Part shown: positions 13,051 to 25,900 of the stretch, piece by piece
Layout of the letters: the number at the start of each line of letters is the position of its first letter
How positions within the stretch are numbered: the stretch's first letter is position 1
Assembly (NCBI GenBank): GCA_964057225.1
Contig: OZ059897.1
Location: forward strand, 4,650,001-4,714,000
Length of the DNA stretch: 64,000 nt
Reading direction: 5' to 3'
DNA from: Auanema rhodensis
Taxonomy: Eukaryota > Animalia > Nematoda
Program-made: the position numbers and the translations under genes
The notes under the pieces: model-generated
Seen by the model: the letters and a program-made list of their open reading frames with translations, nothing else
Databases searched by the model: none
What the model was told of the DNA's origin: nothing

Positions 13051-16000
13051 TGTATAAAGCGTTTCTCAATGTAGTATAGTGCATTCGATGCGGATTTTTA
13101 AGCTGCGTTGATCTGTGTTATCAGATTTGAGTTAACTTAAAAATGCACCGAGATATCAACTGATATATGTTCACACTTATATCCTCGATTTTCACCCTGA
13201 AGAAATGATTTTTTTGTTGAAAAACATTGTCCATCGTATTCGTCTTGAAAAAAGGAATCTAAAAACATCTACTTTTTGTGAAATTATTTAGAAATTTTTC
13301 GGGAAAATTTTTGTCAAAATGTTTTTGGAAGCAATGTTGAGTGTACATGGGAACTCAGCATACACTAATGCATTATTTTTCAAACGATCATAACTAATTT
13401 TTGTATAGAGCGTTTCTCAATGTAGTATAGTGCATTCGATGCGGATTTTTAAGCTGCGTCGATCTGTGTTATCAGATTTGAGTTAGCTTAAAAATGCACC
13501 GAGATATCAACTGATATATGTTCACACTTATATCCTCGATTTTCACCCTGAAGAAATGATTTTTTCGTTAAAAAACATTGTCCATCGTATTCGTCTTGAA
13601 AAAAGGAATCTAAAAACATCTACTTTTTGTGAAATTATTTAGAAATTTTTCGGGAAAATTTTTGTCAAAATGTTTTTGGAAGCAATGTTGAGTGTACATG
13701 GGAACTCAACATACACTAATGCATTATTTTTCAAACGATCATAACTAATTTTTGTATAGAGCGTTTCTCATTGTAGTATAGTGCATTCGATGCGGATTTT
13801 TAAGCTGCGTTGATCTGTGTTATCAGATTTGAGTTAACTTAAAAATGCACCGAGATATCAACTGATATATGTTCACACTTATATCCTCGATTTTCACCCT
13901 GAAGAAATGATTTTTTCGTTAAAAAACATTGTCCATCGTATTCGTCTTGAAAAAAGGAATCTAAAAACATCTACTTTTTGTGAAATTATTTAGAAATTTT
14001 TCGGGAAAATTTTTGTCAAAATGTTTTTGGAAGCAATGTTGAGTGTACATGGGAACTCAACATACACTAATGCATTATTTTTCAAACGATCATAACTAAT
14101 TTTTGTATAGAGCGTTTCTCAATGTAGTATAGTGCATTCGATGCGGATTTTTAAGTTGCGTCGATCTGTGTTATCAGATTTGCGCTAGCTTAAAAATGCA
14201 CCGAGATATCAACTGATATAAGTTCACACTTATATCCTCGATTTTCACCCTGAAGAACTAATTTTTTCGTTGAATAACATTGTCTATCGTCTTTGCCTTG
14301 AAAAAAGGAATCTAAAAACATCTACTTTTTGTGAAATTATTTAGAAATTTTTCGGGAAAATTTTTGTCAAAATGTTTTTGGAAGCAATGTTGAGTGTACA
14401 TGGGAACTCAACATACACTAATGCATTATTTTTCGAACGATCATAACTAATTTTTGTATAGAGCGTTTCTCATTGTAGTATAGTGCATTCGATGCGGATT
14501 TTTAAGCTGCGTTGATCTGTGTTATCAGATTTGAGTTAACTTAAAAATGCACCGAGATATCAACTGATATATGTTCACACTTATATCCTCGATTTTCACC
14601 CTGAAGAAATGATTTTTTCGTTGAAAAACATTGTCCATCGTATTCGTCTTGAAAAAAGGAATCTAAAAACATCTACTTTCTGTGAAATTATTTAGAAATT
14701 TTTCGGAAAAATTTTTGTCAAAATGTTTTTGGAAGCAATGTTGAGTGTACATGGGAACTCAACATACACTAATGCATTATTTTTCATACGATCATAACTA
14801 ATTTTTGTATAAAGCGTTTCTCAATGTAGTATAGTGCATTCGATGCGGATTTTTAAGCTGCGTTGATCTGTGTTATCAGATTTGAGTTAACTTAAAAATG
14901 CACCGAGATATCAACTGATATATGTTCACACTTATATCCTCGATTTTCACCCTGAAGAAATGATTTTTTTGTTGAAAAACATTGTCCATCGTATTCGTCT
15001 TGAAAAAAGGAATCTAAAAACATCTACTTTTTGTGAAATTATTTAGAAATTTTTCGGGAAAATTTTTGTCAAAATGTTTTTGGAAGCAATGTTGAGTGTA
15101 CATGGGAACTCAGCATACACTAATGCATTATTTTTCAAACGATCATAACTAATTTTTGTATAGAGCGTTTCTCAATGTAGTATAGTGCATTCGATGCGGA
15201 TTTTTAAGCTGCGTCGATCTGTGTTATCAGATTTGAGTTAGCTTAAAAATGCACCGAGATATCAACTGATATATGTTCACACTTATATCCTCGATTTTCA
15301 CCCTGAAGAAATGATTTTTTTGTTGAAAAACATTGTCCATCGTATTCGTCTTGAAAAAAGGAATCTAAAAACATCTACTTTTTGTGAAATTATTTAGAAA
15401 TTTTTCGGGAAAATTTTTGTCAAAATGTTTTTGGAAGCAATGTTGAGTGTACCTGGGAACTCAGCATACACTAATGCATTATTTTTCAAACGATCATAAC
15501 TAATTTTTGTATAGAGCGTTTCTCAATGTAGTATAGTGCATTCGATGCGGATTTTTAAGCTGCGTCGATCTGTGTTATCAGATTTGAGTTAGCTTAAAAA
15601 TGCACCGAGATATCAACTGATATATGTTCACACTTATATCCTCGATTTTCACCCTGAAGAAATGATTTTTTCGTTAAAAAACATTGTCCATCGTATTCGT
15701 CTTGAAAAAAGGAATCTAAAAACATCTACTTTTTGTGAAATTATTTAGAAATTTTTCGGGAAAATTTTTGTCAAAATGTTTTTGGAAGCAATGTTGAGTG
15801 TACATGGGAACTCAACATACACTAATGCATTATTTTTCAAACGATCATAACTAATTTTTGTATAGAGCGTTTCTCATTGTAGTATAGTGCATTCGATGCG
15901 GATTTTTAAGCTGCGTTGATCTGTGTTATCAGATTTGAGTTAACTTAAAAATGCACCGAGATATCAACTGATATATGTTCACACTTATATCCTCGATTTT

Positions 16001-16146
16001 CACCCTGAAGAAATGATTTTTTTGTTGAAAAACATTGTCCATCGTATTCGTCTTGAAAAAAGGAATCTAAAAACATCTACTTTTTGTGAAATTATTTAGA
16101 AATTTTTCGGGAAAATTTTTGTCAAAATGTTTTTGGAAGCAATGTT

Positions 16147-16484
16147 GAGTGTACATGGGAACTCAACATACACTAATGCATTATTTTTCAAACGATCATA
16201 ACTAATTTTTGTATAGAGCGTTTCTCATTGTAGTATAGTGCATTCGATGCGGATTTTTAAGCTGCGTTGATCTGTGTTATCAGATTTGAGTTAACTTAAA
16301 AATGCACCGAGATATCAACTGATATATGTTCACACTTATATCCTCGATTTTCACCCTGAAGAAATGATTTTTTTGTTGAAAAACATTGTCCATCGTATTC
16401 GTCTTGAAAAAAGGAATCTAAAAACATCTACTTTTTGTGAAATTATTTAGAAATTTTTGTCAAAATGTTTTTGGAAGCAATGTT
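16147..16484 (+). other. 338-bp monomer with a 13-bp deletion between AAATTTTT direct repeats
   Basis: GAAATTTTTGTC at 16450-16461 versus consensus GAAATTTTTCGGGAAAATTTTTGTC; monomer starts at 16147 and 16485. Confidence 0.95.
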
Positions 16485-17665
16485 GAGTGTACATGGGAAC
16501 TCAGCATACACTAATGCATTATTTTTCAAACGATCATAACTAATTTTTGTATAGAGCGTTTCTCAATGTAGTATAGTGCATTCGATGCGGATTTTTAAGC
16601 TGCGTCGATCTGTGTTATCAGATTTGAGTTAGCTTAAAAATGCACCGAGATATCAACTGATATATGTTCACACTTATATCCTCGATTTTCACCCTGAAGA
16701 ATTAATTTTTTCGTTGAATAACATTGTCCATCGTCTTTGCCTTGAAAAAAGAAATCTAAAAACATCTACTTTTTGTGAAATTATTTAGAAATTTTTCGGG
16801 AAAATTTTTGTCACAATGTTTTTGGAAGCAATGTTAAGTGTACATGGGAACTCAACACACACTAATGCAATTTTTTTTCAAACGATCATAACTAATTTTT
16901 GTATAGAGCGTTTCTCAATGTAGTATAGTGCATTCGATGCGGATTTTTAAGCTGCGTTGATCTGTGTTATCAGATTTGCGCTAGCTTAAAAATGCACCGA
17001 GTAATCAACTGATATAGGTTCACACTTATATCCTCGATTTTCACCCTGAAGAATTAATTTTTTCGTTGAATAACATTGTCCATCGTCTTTGCCTTGAAAA
17101 AAGAAATCTAAAAACATCTACTTTTTGTGAAATTATTTAGAAATTTTTCGGGAAAATTTTTGTCACAATGTTTTTGGAAGCAATGTTAAGTGTACATGGG
17201 AACTCAACACACACTAATGCAATTTTTTTTCAAACGATCATAACTAATTTTTGTATAGAGCGTTTCTCAATGTAGTATAGTGCATTCGATGCGGATTTTT
17301 AAGCTGCGTTGATCTGTGTTATCAGATTTGCGCTAGCTTAAAAATGCACCGAGTAATCAACTGATATAGGTTCACACTTATATCCTCGATTTTCACCCTG
17401 AAGAATTAATTTTTTCGTTGAATAACATTGTCCATCGTCTTTGCCTTGAAAAAAGAAATCTAAAAACATCTACTTTTTGTGAAATTATTTAGAAATTTTT
17501 CGGGAAAATTTTTGTCACAATGTTTTTGGAAGCAATGTTAAGTGTACATGGGAACTCAACACACACTAATGCAATTTTTTTTCAAACGATCATAACTAAT
17601 TTTTGTAAAGAGCGTTTCTCAATGTAGTATAGTGCATTCGATGCGGATTTTTAAGCTGCGTTGAT

Positions 17666-18127
17666 CTGTGTTATCAGATTTGAGTTAACTTAAATCATTG
17701 AGTTAACTGTGTTATCAGATTTGCACTAGCTTAAAAATGCACCGAGATATCAACTGATATAAGTTCACACTTATATCCTCGATTTTCACCCTGAAGAATT
17801 AATTTTTTCGTTGAATAACATTGTCCATCGTCTTTGCCTTGAAAAAAGGAATCTAAAAACATCTACTTTTTGTGAAATTATTTAGAAATTTTTCGGGAAA
17901 ATTTTTGTCACAATGTTTTTGGAAGCAATGTTGAGTGTACATGGGAACTCAGCATACACTAATGCATTATTTTTCAAACGATCATAACTAATTTTTGTAT
18001 AGAGCGTTTCTCAATGTAGTATAGTGCATTCGATGCGGATTTTTAAGCTGCGTTGATCTGTGTTATCAGATTTGAGTTAACTTAAATCATTGAGTTAACT
18101 GTGTTATCAGATTTGCACTAGCTTAAA
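17666..18127 (+). other. Two tandem 41-bp insertions (29-bp duplicated segment + 12-bp filler TCATTGAGTTAA) giving a 392-bp unit
   Basis: CTGTGTTATCAGATTTG starts at 17666 and 17707, and again at 18058 and 18099. The identical filler lies at 17695-17706 and 18087-18098. Confidence 0.95.
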
Positions 18128-21100
18128 AATGCACCGAGATATCAACTGATATAAGTTCACACTTATATCCTCGATTTTCACCCTGAAGAATTAATTTTTT
18201 CGTTGAATAACATTGTCCATCGTCTTTGCCTTGAAAAAAGGAATCTAAAAACATCTACTTTTTGTGAAATTATTTAGAAATTTTTCGGGAAAATTTTTGT
18301 CACAATGTTTTTGGAAGCAATGTTGAGTGTACATGGGAACTCAGCATACACTAATGCATTATTTTTCAAACGATCATAACTAATTTTTGTATAGAGCGTT
18401 TCTCAATGTAGTATAGTGCATTCGATGCGGATTTTTAAGCTGCGTTGATCTGTGTTATCAGATTTGAGTTAACTTAAAAATGCACCGAGATATCAACTGA
18501 TATATGTTCACACTTATATCCTCGATTTTCACCCTGAAGAAATGATTTTTTCGTTGAAAAACATTGTCCATCGTATTCGTCTTGAAAAAAGGAATCTAAA
18601 AACATCTACTTTTTGTGAAATTAATTAGAAATTTTTCGGGAAAATTTTTGTCAAAATGTTTTTGGAAGCAATGTTGAGTGTACATGGGAACTCAACATAC
18701 ACTAATGCATTATTTTTCAAACGATCATAACTAATTTTTGTATAGAGCGTTTCTCAATGTAGTATAGTGCATTCGATGCGGATTTTTAAGCTGCGTCGAT
18801 CTGTGTTATCAGATTTGCGCTAGCTTAAAAATGCACCGAGATATCAACTGATATAAGTTCACACTTATATCCTCGATTTTCACCCTGAAGAACTAATTTT
18901 TTCGTTGAATAACATTGTCTATCGTCTTTGCCTTGAAAAAAGGAATCTAAAAACATCTACTTTTTGTGAAATTATTTAGAAATTTTTCGGGAAAATTTTT
19001 GTCAAAATGTTTTTGGAAGCAATGTTGAGTGTACATGGGAACTCAACATACACTAATGCATTATTTTTCAAACGATCATAACTAATTTTTGTATAGAGCG
19101 TTTCTCATTGTAGTATAGTGCATTCGATGCCGATTTTTAAGCTGCGTTGATCTGTGTTATCAGATTTGAGTTAACTTAAAAATGCACCGAGATATCAACT
19201 GATATATGTTCACACTTATATCCTCGATTTTCACCCTGAAGAAATGATTTTTTCGTTGAAAAACATTGTCCATCGTATTCGTCTTGAAAAAAGGAATCTA
19301 AAAACATCTACTTTCTGTGAAATTATTTAGAAATTTTTCGGGAAAATTTTTGTCAAAATGTTTTTGGAAGCAATGTTGAGTGTACATGGGAACTCAACAT
19401 ACACTAATGCATTATTTTTCATACGATCATAACTAATTTTTGTATAAAGCGTTTCTCAATGTAGTATAGTGCATTCGATGCGGATTTTTAAGCTGCGTTG
19501 ATCTGTGTTATCAGATTTGAGTTAACTTAAAAATGCACCGAGATATCAACTGATATAGGTTCACACTTATATCCTCGATTTTCACCCTGAAGAATTAATT
19601 TTTTCGTTGAATAACATTGTCCATCGTCTTCGCCTTGAAAAAAGGAATCTAAAAACATTCACTTTTTGTGAAATTATTCAGAAATTTTGCGGGAAAATTT
19701 TTGTCAAAATGTTTTTGGAAGCAATGTTGAGTGTACATGGGAACTCAACATACACTAATGCATTATTTTTCAAACGATCATAACTAATTTTTGTATAGAG
19801 CGTTTCTCAATGTAGTATAGTGCATTCGATGCGGATTTTTAAGCTGCGTCGATCTGTGTTATCAGATTTGAGTTAGCTTAAAAATGCACCGAGATATCAA
19901 CTGATATATGTTCACACTTATATCCTCGATTTTCACCCTGAAGAAATGATTTTTTCGTTAAAAAACATTGTCCATCGTATTCGTCTTGAAAAAAGGAATC
20001 TAAAAACATCTACTTTCTGTGAAATTATTTAGAAATTTTTCGGGAAAATTTTTGTCAAAATGTTTTTGGAAGCAATGTTGAGTGTACATGGGAACTCAAC
20101 ATACACTAATGCATTATTTTTCATACGATCATAACTAATTTTTGTATAAAGCGTTTCTCATTGTAGTATAGTGCATTCGATGCGGATTTTTAAGCTGCGT
20201 TGATCTGTGTTATCAGATTTGAGTTAGCTTAAAAATGCACCGAGATATCAACTGATATATGTTCACACTTATATCCTCGATTTTCACCCTGAAGAAATGA
20301 TTTTTTCGTTAAAAAACATTGTCCATCGTATTCGTCTTGAAAAAAGGAATCTAAAAACATCTACTTTTTGTGAAATTATTTAGAAATTTTTCGGGAAAAT
20401 TTTTGTCAAAATGTTTTTGGAAGCAATGTTGAGTGTACATGGGAACTCAACATACACTAATGCATTATTTTTCAAACGATCATAACTAATTTTTGTATAG
20501 AGCGTTTCTCATTGTAGTATAGTGCATTCGATGCGGATTTTTAAGCTGCGTTGATCTGTGTTATCAGATTTGAGTTAACTTAAAAATGCACCGAGATATC
20601 AACTGATATATGTTCACACTTATATCCTCGATTTTCACCCTGAAGAAATGATTTTTTTGTTGAAAAACATTGTCCATCGTATTCGTCTTGAAAAAAGGAA
20701 TCTAAAAACATCTACTTTTTGTGAAATTAATTAGAAATTTTTCGGGAAAATTTTTGTCAAAATGTTTTTGGAAGCAATGTTGAGTGTACATGGGAACTCA
20801 ACATACACTAATGCATTATTTTTCAAACGATCATAACTAATTTTTGTATAGAGCGTTTCTCAATGTAGTATAGTGCATTCGATGCGGATTTTTAAGCTGC
20901 GTCGATCTGTGTTATCAGATTTGCGCTAGCTTAAAAATGCACCGAGATATCAACTGATATAAGTTCACACTTATATCCTCGATTTTCACCCTGAAGAACT
21001 AATTTTTTCGTTGAATAACATTGTCTATCGTCTTTGCCTTGAAAAAAGGAATCTAAAAACATCTACTTTTTGTGAAATTATTTAGAAATTTTTCGGGAAA

Positions 21101-22999
21101 ATTTTTGTCAAAATGTTTTTGGAAGCAATGTTGAGTGTACATGGGAACTCAACATACACTAATGCATTATTTTTCAAACGATCATAACTAATTTGTGTAT
21201 AGAGCGTTTCTCATTGTAGTATAGTGCATTCGATGCGGATTTTTAAGCTGCGTTGATCTGTGTTATCAGATTTGAGTTAACTTAAAAATGCACCGAGATA
21301 TCAACTGATATATGTTCACACTTATATCCTCGATTTTCACCCTGAAGAAATGATTTTTTCGTTGAAAAACATTGTCCATCGTATTCGTCTTGAAAAAAGG
21401 AATCTAAAAACATCTACTTTCTGTGAAATTATTTAGAAATTTTTCGGGAAAATTTTTGTCAAAATGTTTTTGGAAGCAATGTTGAGTGTACATGGGAACT
21501 CAACATACACTAATGCATTATTTTTCATACGATCATAACTAATTTTTGTATAAAGCGTTTCTCAATGTAGTATAGTGCATTCGATGCGGATTTTTAAGCT
21601 GCGTTGATCTGTGTTATCAGATTTGAGTTAACTTAAAAATGCACCGAGATATCAACTGATATATGTTCACACTTATATCCTCGATTTTCACCCTGAAGAA
21701 ATGATTTTTTTGTTGAAAAACATTGTCCATCGTATTCGTCTTGAAAAAAGGAATCTAAAAACATCTACTTTTTGTGAAATTATTTAGAAATTTTTCGGGA
21801 AAATTTTTGTCAAAATGTTTTTGGAAGCAATGTTGAGTGTACATGGGAACTCAGCATACACTAATGCATTATTTTTCAAACGATCATAACTAATTTTTGT
21901 ATAGAGCGTTTCTCAATGTAGTATAGTGCATTCGATGCGGATTTTTAAGCTGCGTCGATCTGTGTTATCAGATTTGAGTTAGCTTAAAAATGCACCGAGA
22001 TATCAACTGATATATGTTCACACTTATATCCTCGATTTTCACCCTGAAGAAATGATTTTTTCGTTAAAAAACATTGTCCATCGTATTCGTCTTGAAAAAA
22101 GGAATCTAAAAACATCTACTTTTTGTGAAATTATTTAGAAATTTTTCGGGAAAATTTTTGTCAAAATGTTTTTGGAAGCAATGTTGAGTGTACATGGGAA
22201 CTCAACATACACTAATGCATTATTTTTCAAACGATCATAACTAATTTTTGTATAGAGCGTTTCTCATTGTAGTATAGTGCATTCGATGCGGATTTTTAAG
22301 CTGCGTTGATCTGTGTTATCAGATTTGAGTTAACTTAAAAATGCACCGAGATATCAACTGATATATGTTCACACTTATATCCTCGATTTTCACCCTGAAG
22401 AAATGATTTTTTTGTTGAAAAACATTGTCCATCGTATTCGTCTTGAAAAAAGGAATCTAAAAACATCTACTTTTTGTGAAATTATTCAGAAATTTTTCGG
22501 GAAAATTTTTGTCAAAATGTTTTTGGAAGCAATGTTGAGTGTACATGGGAACTCAGCATACACTAATGCATTATTTTTCAAACGATCATAACTAATTTTT
22601 GTATAGAGCGTTTCTCAATGTAGTATAGTGCATTCGATGCGGATTTTTAAGCTGCGTCGATCTGTGTTATCAGATTTGAGTTAGCTTAAAAATGCACCGA
22701 GATATCAACTGATATATGTTCACACTTATATCCTCGATTTTCACCCTGAAGAAATGATTTTTTCGTTAAAAAACATTGTCCATCGTATTCGTCTTGAAAA
22801 AAGGAATCTAAAAACATCTACTTTTTGTGAAATTATTTAGAAATTTTTCGGGAAAATTTTTGTCAAAATGTTTTTGGATGCAATGTTGAGTGTACATGGG
22901 AACTCAACATACACTAATGCATTATTTTTCAAACGATTATAACTAATTTTTGTATAGAGCGTTTCTCATTGTAGTATAGTGCATTCGATGCGGATTTTT

Positions 23000-25900
23000 A
23001 AGCTGCGTTGATCTGTGTTATCAGATTTGAGTTAACTTAAAAATGCACCGAGATATCAACTGATATATGTTCACACTTATATCCTCGATTTTCACCCTGA
23101 AGAAATGATTTTTTTGTTGAAAAACATTGTCCATCGTATTCGTCTTGAAAAAAGGAATCTAAAAACATCTACTTTTTGTGAAATTATTTAGAAATTTTTC
23201 GGGAAAATTTTTGTCAAAATGTTTTTGGAAGCAATGTTGAGTGTACATGGGAACTCAGCATACACTAATGCATTATTTTTCAAACGATCATAACTAATTT
23301 TTGTATAGAGCGTTTCTCAATGTAGTATAGTGCATTCGATGCGGATTTTTAAGCTGCGTCGATCTGTGTTATCAGATTTGAGTTAGCTTAAAAATGCACC
23401 GAGATATCAACTGATATATGTTCACACTTATATCCTCGTTTTTCACCCTGAAGAAATGATTTTTTCGTTAAAAAACATTGTCCATCGTATTCGTCTTGAA
23501 AAAAGGAATCTAAAAACATCTACTTTTTGTGAAATTATTTAGAAATTTTTCGGGAAAATTTTTGTCAAAATGTTTTTGGAAGCAATGTTGAGTGTACATG
23601 GGAACTCAACATACACTAATGCATTATTTTTCAAACGATCATAACTAATTTTTGTATAGAGCGTTTCTCATTGTAGTATAGTGCATTCGATGCGGATTTT
23701 TAAGCTGCGTTGATCTGTGTTATCAGATTTGCGCTAGCTTAAAAATGCACCGAGTAATCAACTGATATAGGTTCACACTTATATCCTCGATTTTCACCCT
23801 GAAGAATTAATTTTTTCGTTGAATAACATTGTCCATCGTCTTTGCCTTGAAAAAAGAAATCTAAAAACATCTACTTTTTGTGAAATTATTTAGAAATTTT
23901 TCGGGAAAATTTTTGTCACAATGTTTTTCGAAGCAATGTTAAGTGTACATGGGAACTCAACACACACTAATGCAATTTTTTTTCAAACGATCATAACTAA
24001 TTTTTGTATAGAGCGTTTCTCAATGTAGTATAGTGCATTCGATGCGGATTTTTAAGCTGCGTCGATCTGTGTTATCCGATTTGAGTTAGCTTAAAAATGC
24101 ACCGAGATATCAACTGATATAGGTTCACACTTATATCCTCGATTTTCACCCTGAAGAATTAATTTTTTCGTTGAATAACATTGTCCATCGTCTTCGCCTT
24201 GAAAAAAGGAATCTAAAAACATTCACTTTTTGTGAAATTATTCAGAAATTTTTCGGGAAACTTTTTGTCAAAATGTTTTTGGAAGCAATGTTGAGTGTAC
24301 ATGGGAACTCAGCATACACTAATGCATTATTTTTCAAACGATCATAACTAATTTTTGTATAGAGCGTTTCTCAATGTAGTATAGTGCATTCGATGCGGAT
24401 TTTTAAGCTGCGTCGATCTGTGTTATCAGATTTGAGTTAGCTTAAAAATGCACTGAGATATCAACTGATATATGTTCACACTTATATCCTCAATTTTCAC
24501 CCTGAAGAAATGATTTTTTCGTTGAAAAACATTGTCCATCGTATTCGTCTTGAAAAAAGGAATCTAAAAACATCTACTTTTTGTGAAATTATTTAGAAAT
24601 TTTTCGGGAAAATTTTTGTCAAAATGTTTTTGGAAGCAATGTTGAGTGTACATGGGAACTCAACATACACTAATGCATTATTTTTCAAACGATCATAACT
24701 AATTTTTGTATAGAGCGTTTCTCATTGTAGTATAGTGCATTCGATGCGGATTTTTAAGCTGCGTTGATCTGTGTTATCAGATTTGAGTTAACTTAAAAAT
24801 GCACCGAGATATCAACTGATATATGTTCACACTTATATCCTCGATTTTCACCCTGAAGAAATGATTTTTTTGTTGAAAAACATTGTCCATCGTATTCGTC
24901 TTGAAAAAAGGAATCTAAAAACATCTACTTTTTGTGAAATTATTTAGAAATTTTTCGGGAAAATTTTTGTCAAAATGTTTTTGGAAGCAATGTTGAGTGT
25001 ACATGGGAACTCAGCATACACTAATGCATTATTTTTCAAACGATCATAACTAATTTTTGTATAGAGCGTTTCTCAATGTAGTATAGTGCATTCGATGCGG
25101 ATTTTTAAGCTGCGTCGATCTGTGTTATCAGATTTGAGTTAGCTTAAAAATGCACCGAGATATCAACTGATATATGTTCACACTTATATCCTCGTTTTTC
25201 ACCCTGAAGAAATGATTTTTTCGTTAAAAAACATTGTCCATCGTATTCGTCTTGAAAAAAGGAATCTAAAAACATCTACTTTTTGTGAAATTATTTAGAA
25301 ATTTTTCGGGAAAATTTTTGTCAAAATGTTTTTGGAAGCAATGTTGAGTGTACATGGGAACTCAGCATACACTAATGCATTATTTTTCAAACGATCATAA
25401 CTAATTTTTGTATAGAGCGTTTCTCAATGTAGTATAGTGCATTCGATGCGGATTTTTAAGCTGCGTCGATCTGTGTTATCAGATTTGAGTTAGCTTAAAA
25501 ATGCACTGAGATATCAACTGATATATGTTCACACTTATATCCTCAATTTTCACCCTGAAGAAATGATTTTTTCGTTGAAAAACATTGTCCATCGTATTTG
25601 TCTTGAAAAAAGGAATCTAAAAACATCTACTTTTTGTGAAATTATTTAGAAATTTTTCGGGAAAATTTTTGTCAAAATGTTTTTGGAAGCAATGTTGAGT
25701 GTACATGGGAACTCAACATACACTAATGCATTATTTTTCAAACGATCATAACTAATTTTTGTATAGAGCGTTTCTCATTGTAGTATAGTGCATTCGATGC
25801 GGATTTTTAAGCTGCGTTGATCTGTGTTATCAGATTTGCGCTAGCTTAAAAATGCACCGAGTAATCAACTGATATAGGTTCACACTTATATCCTCGATTT

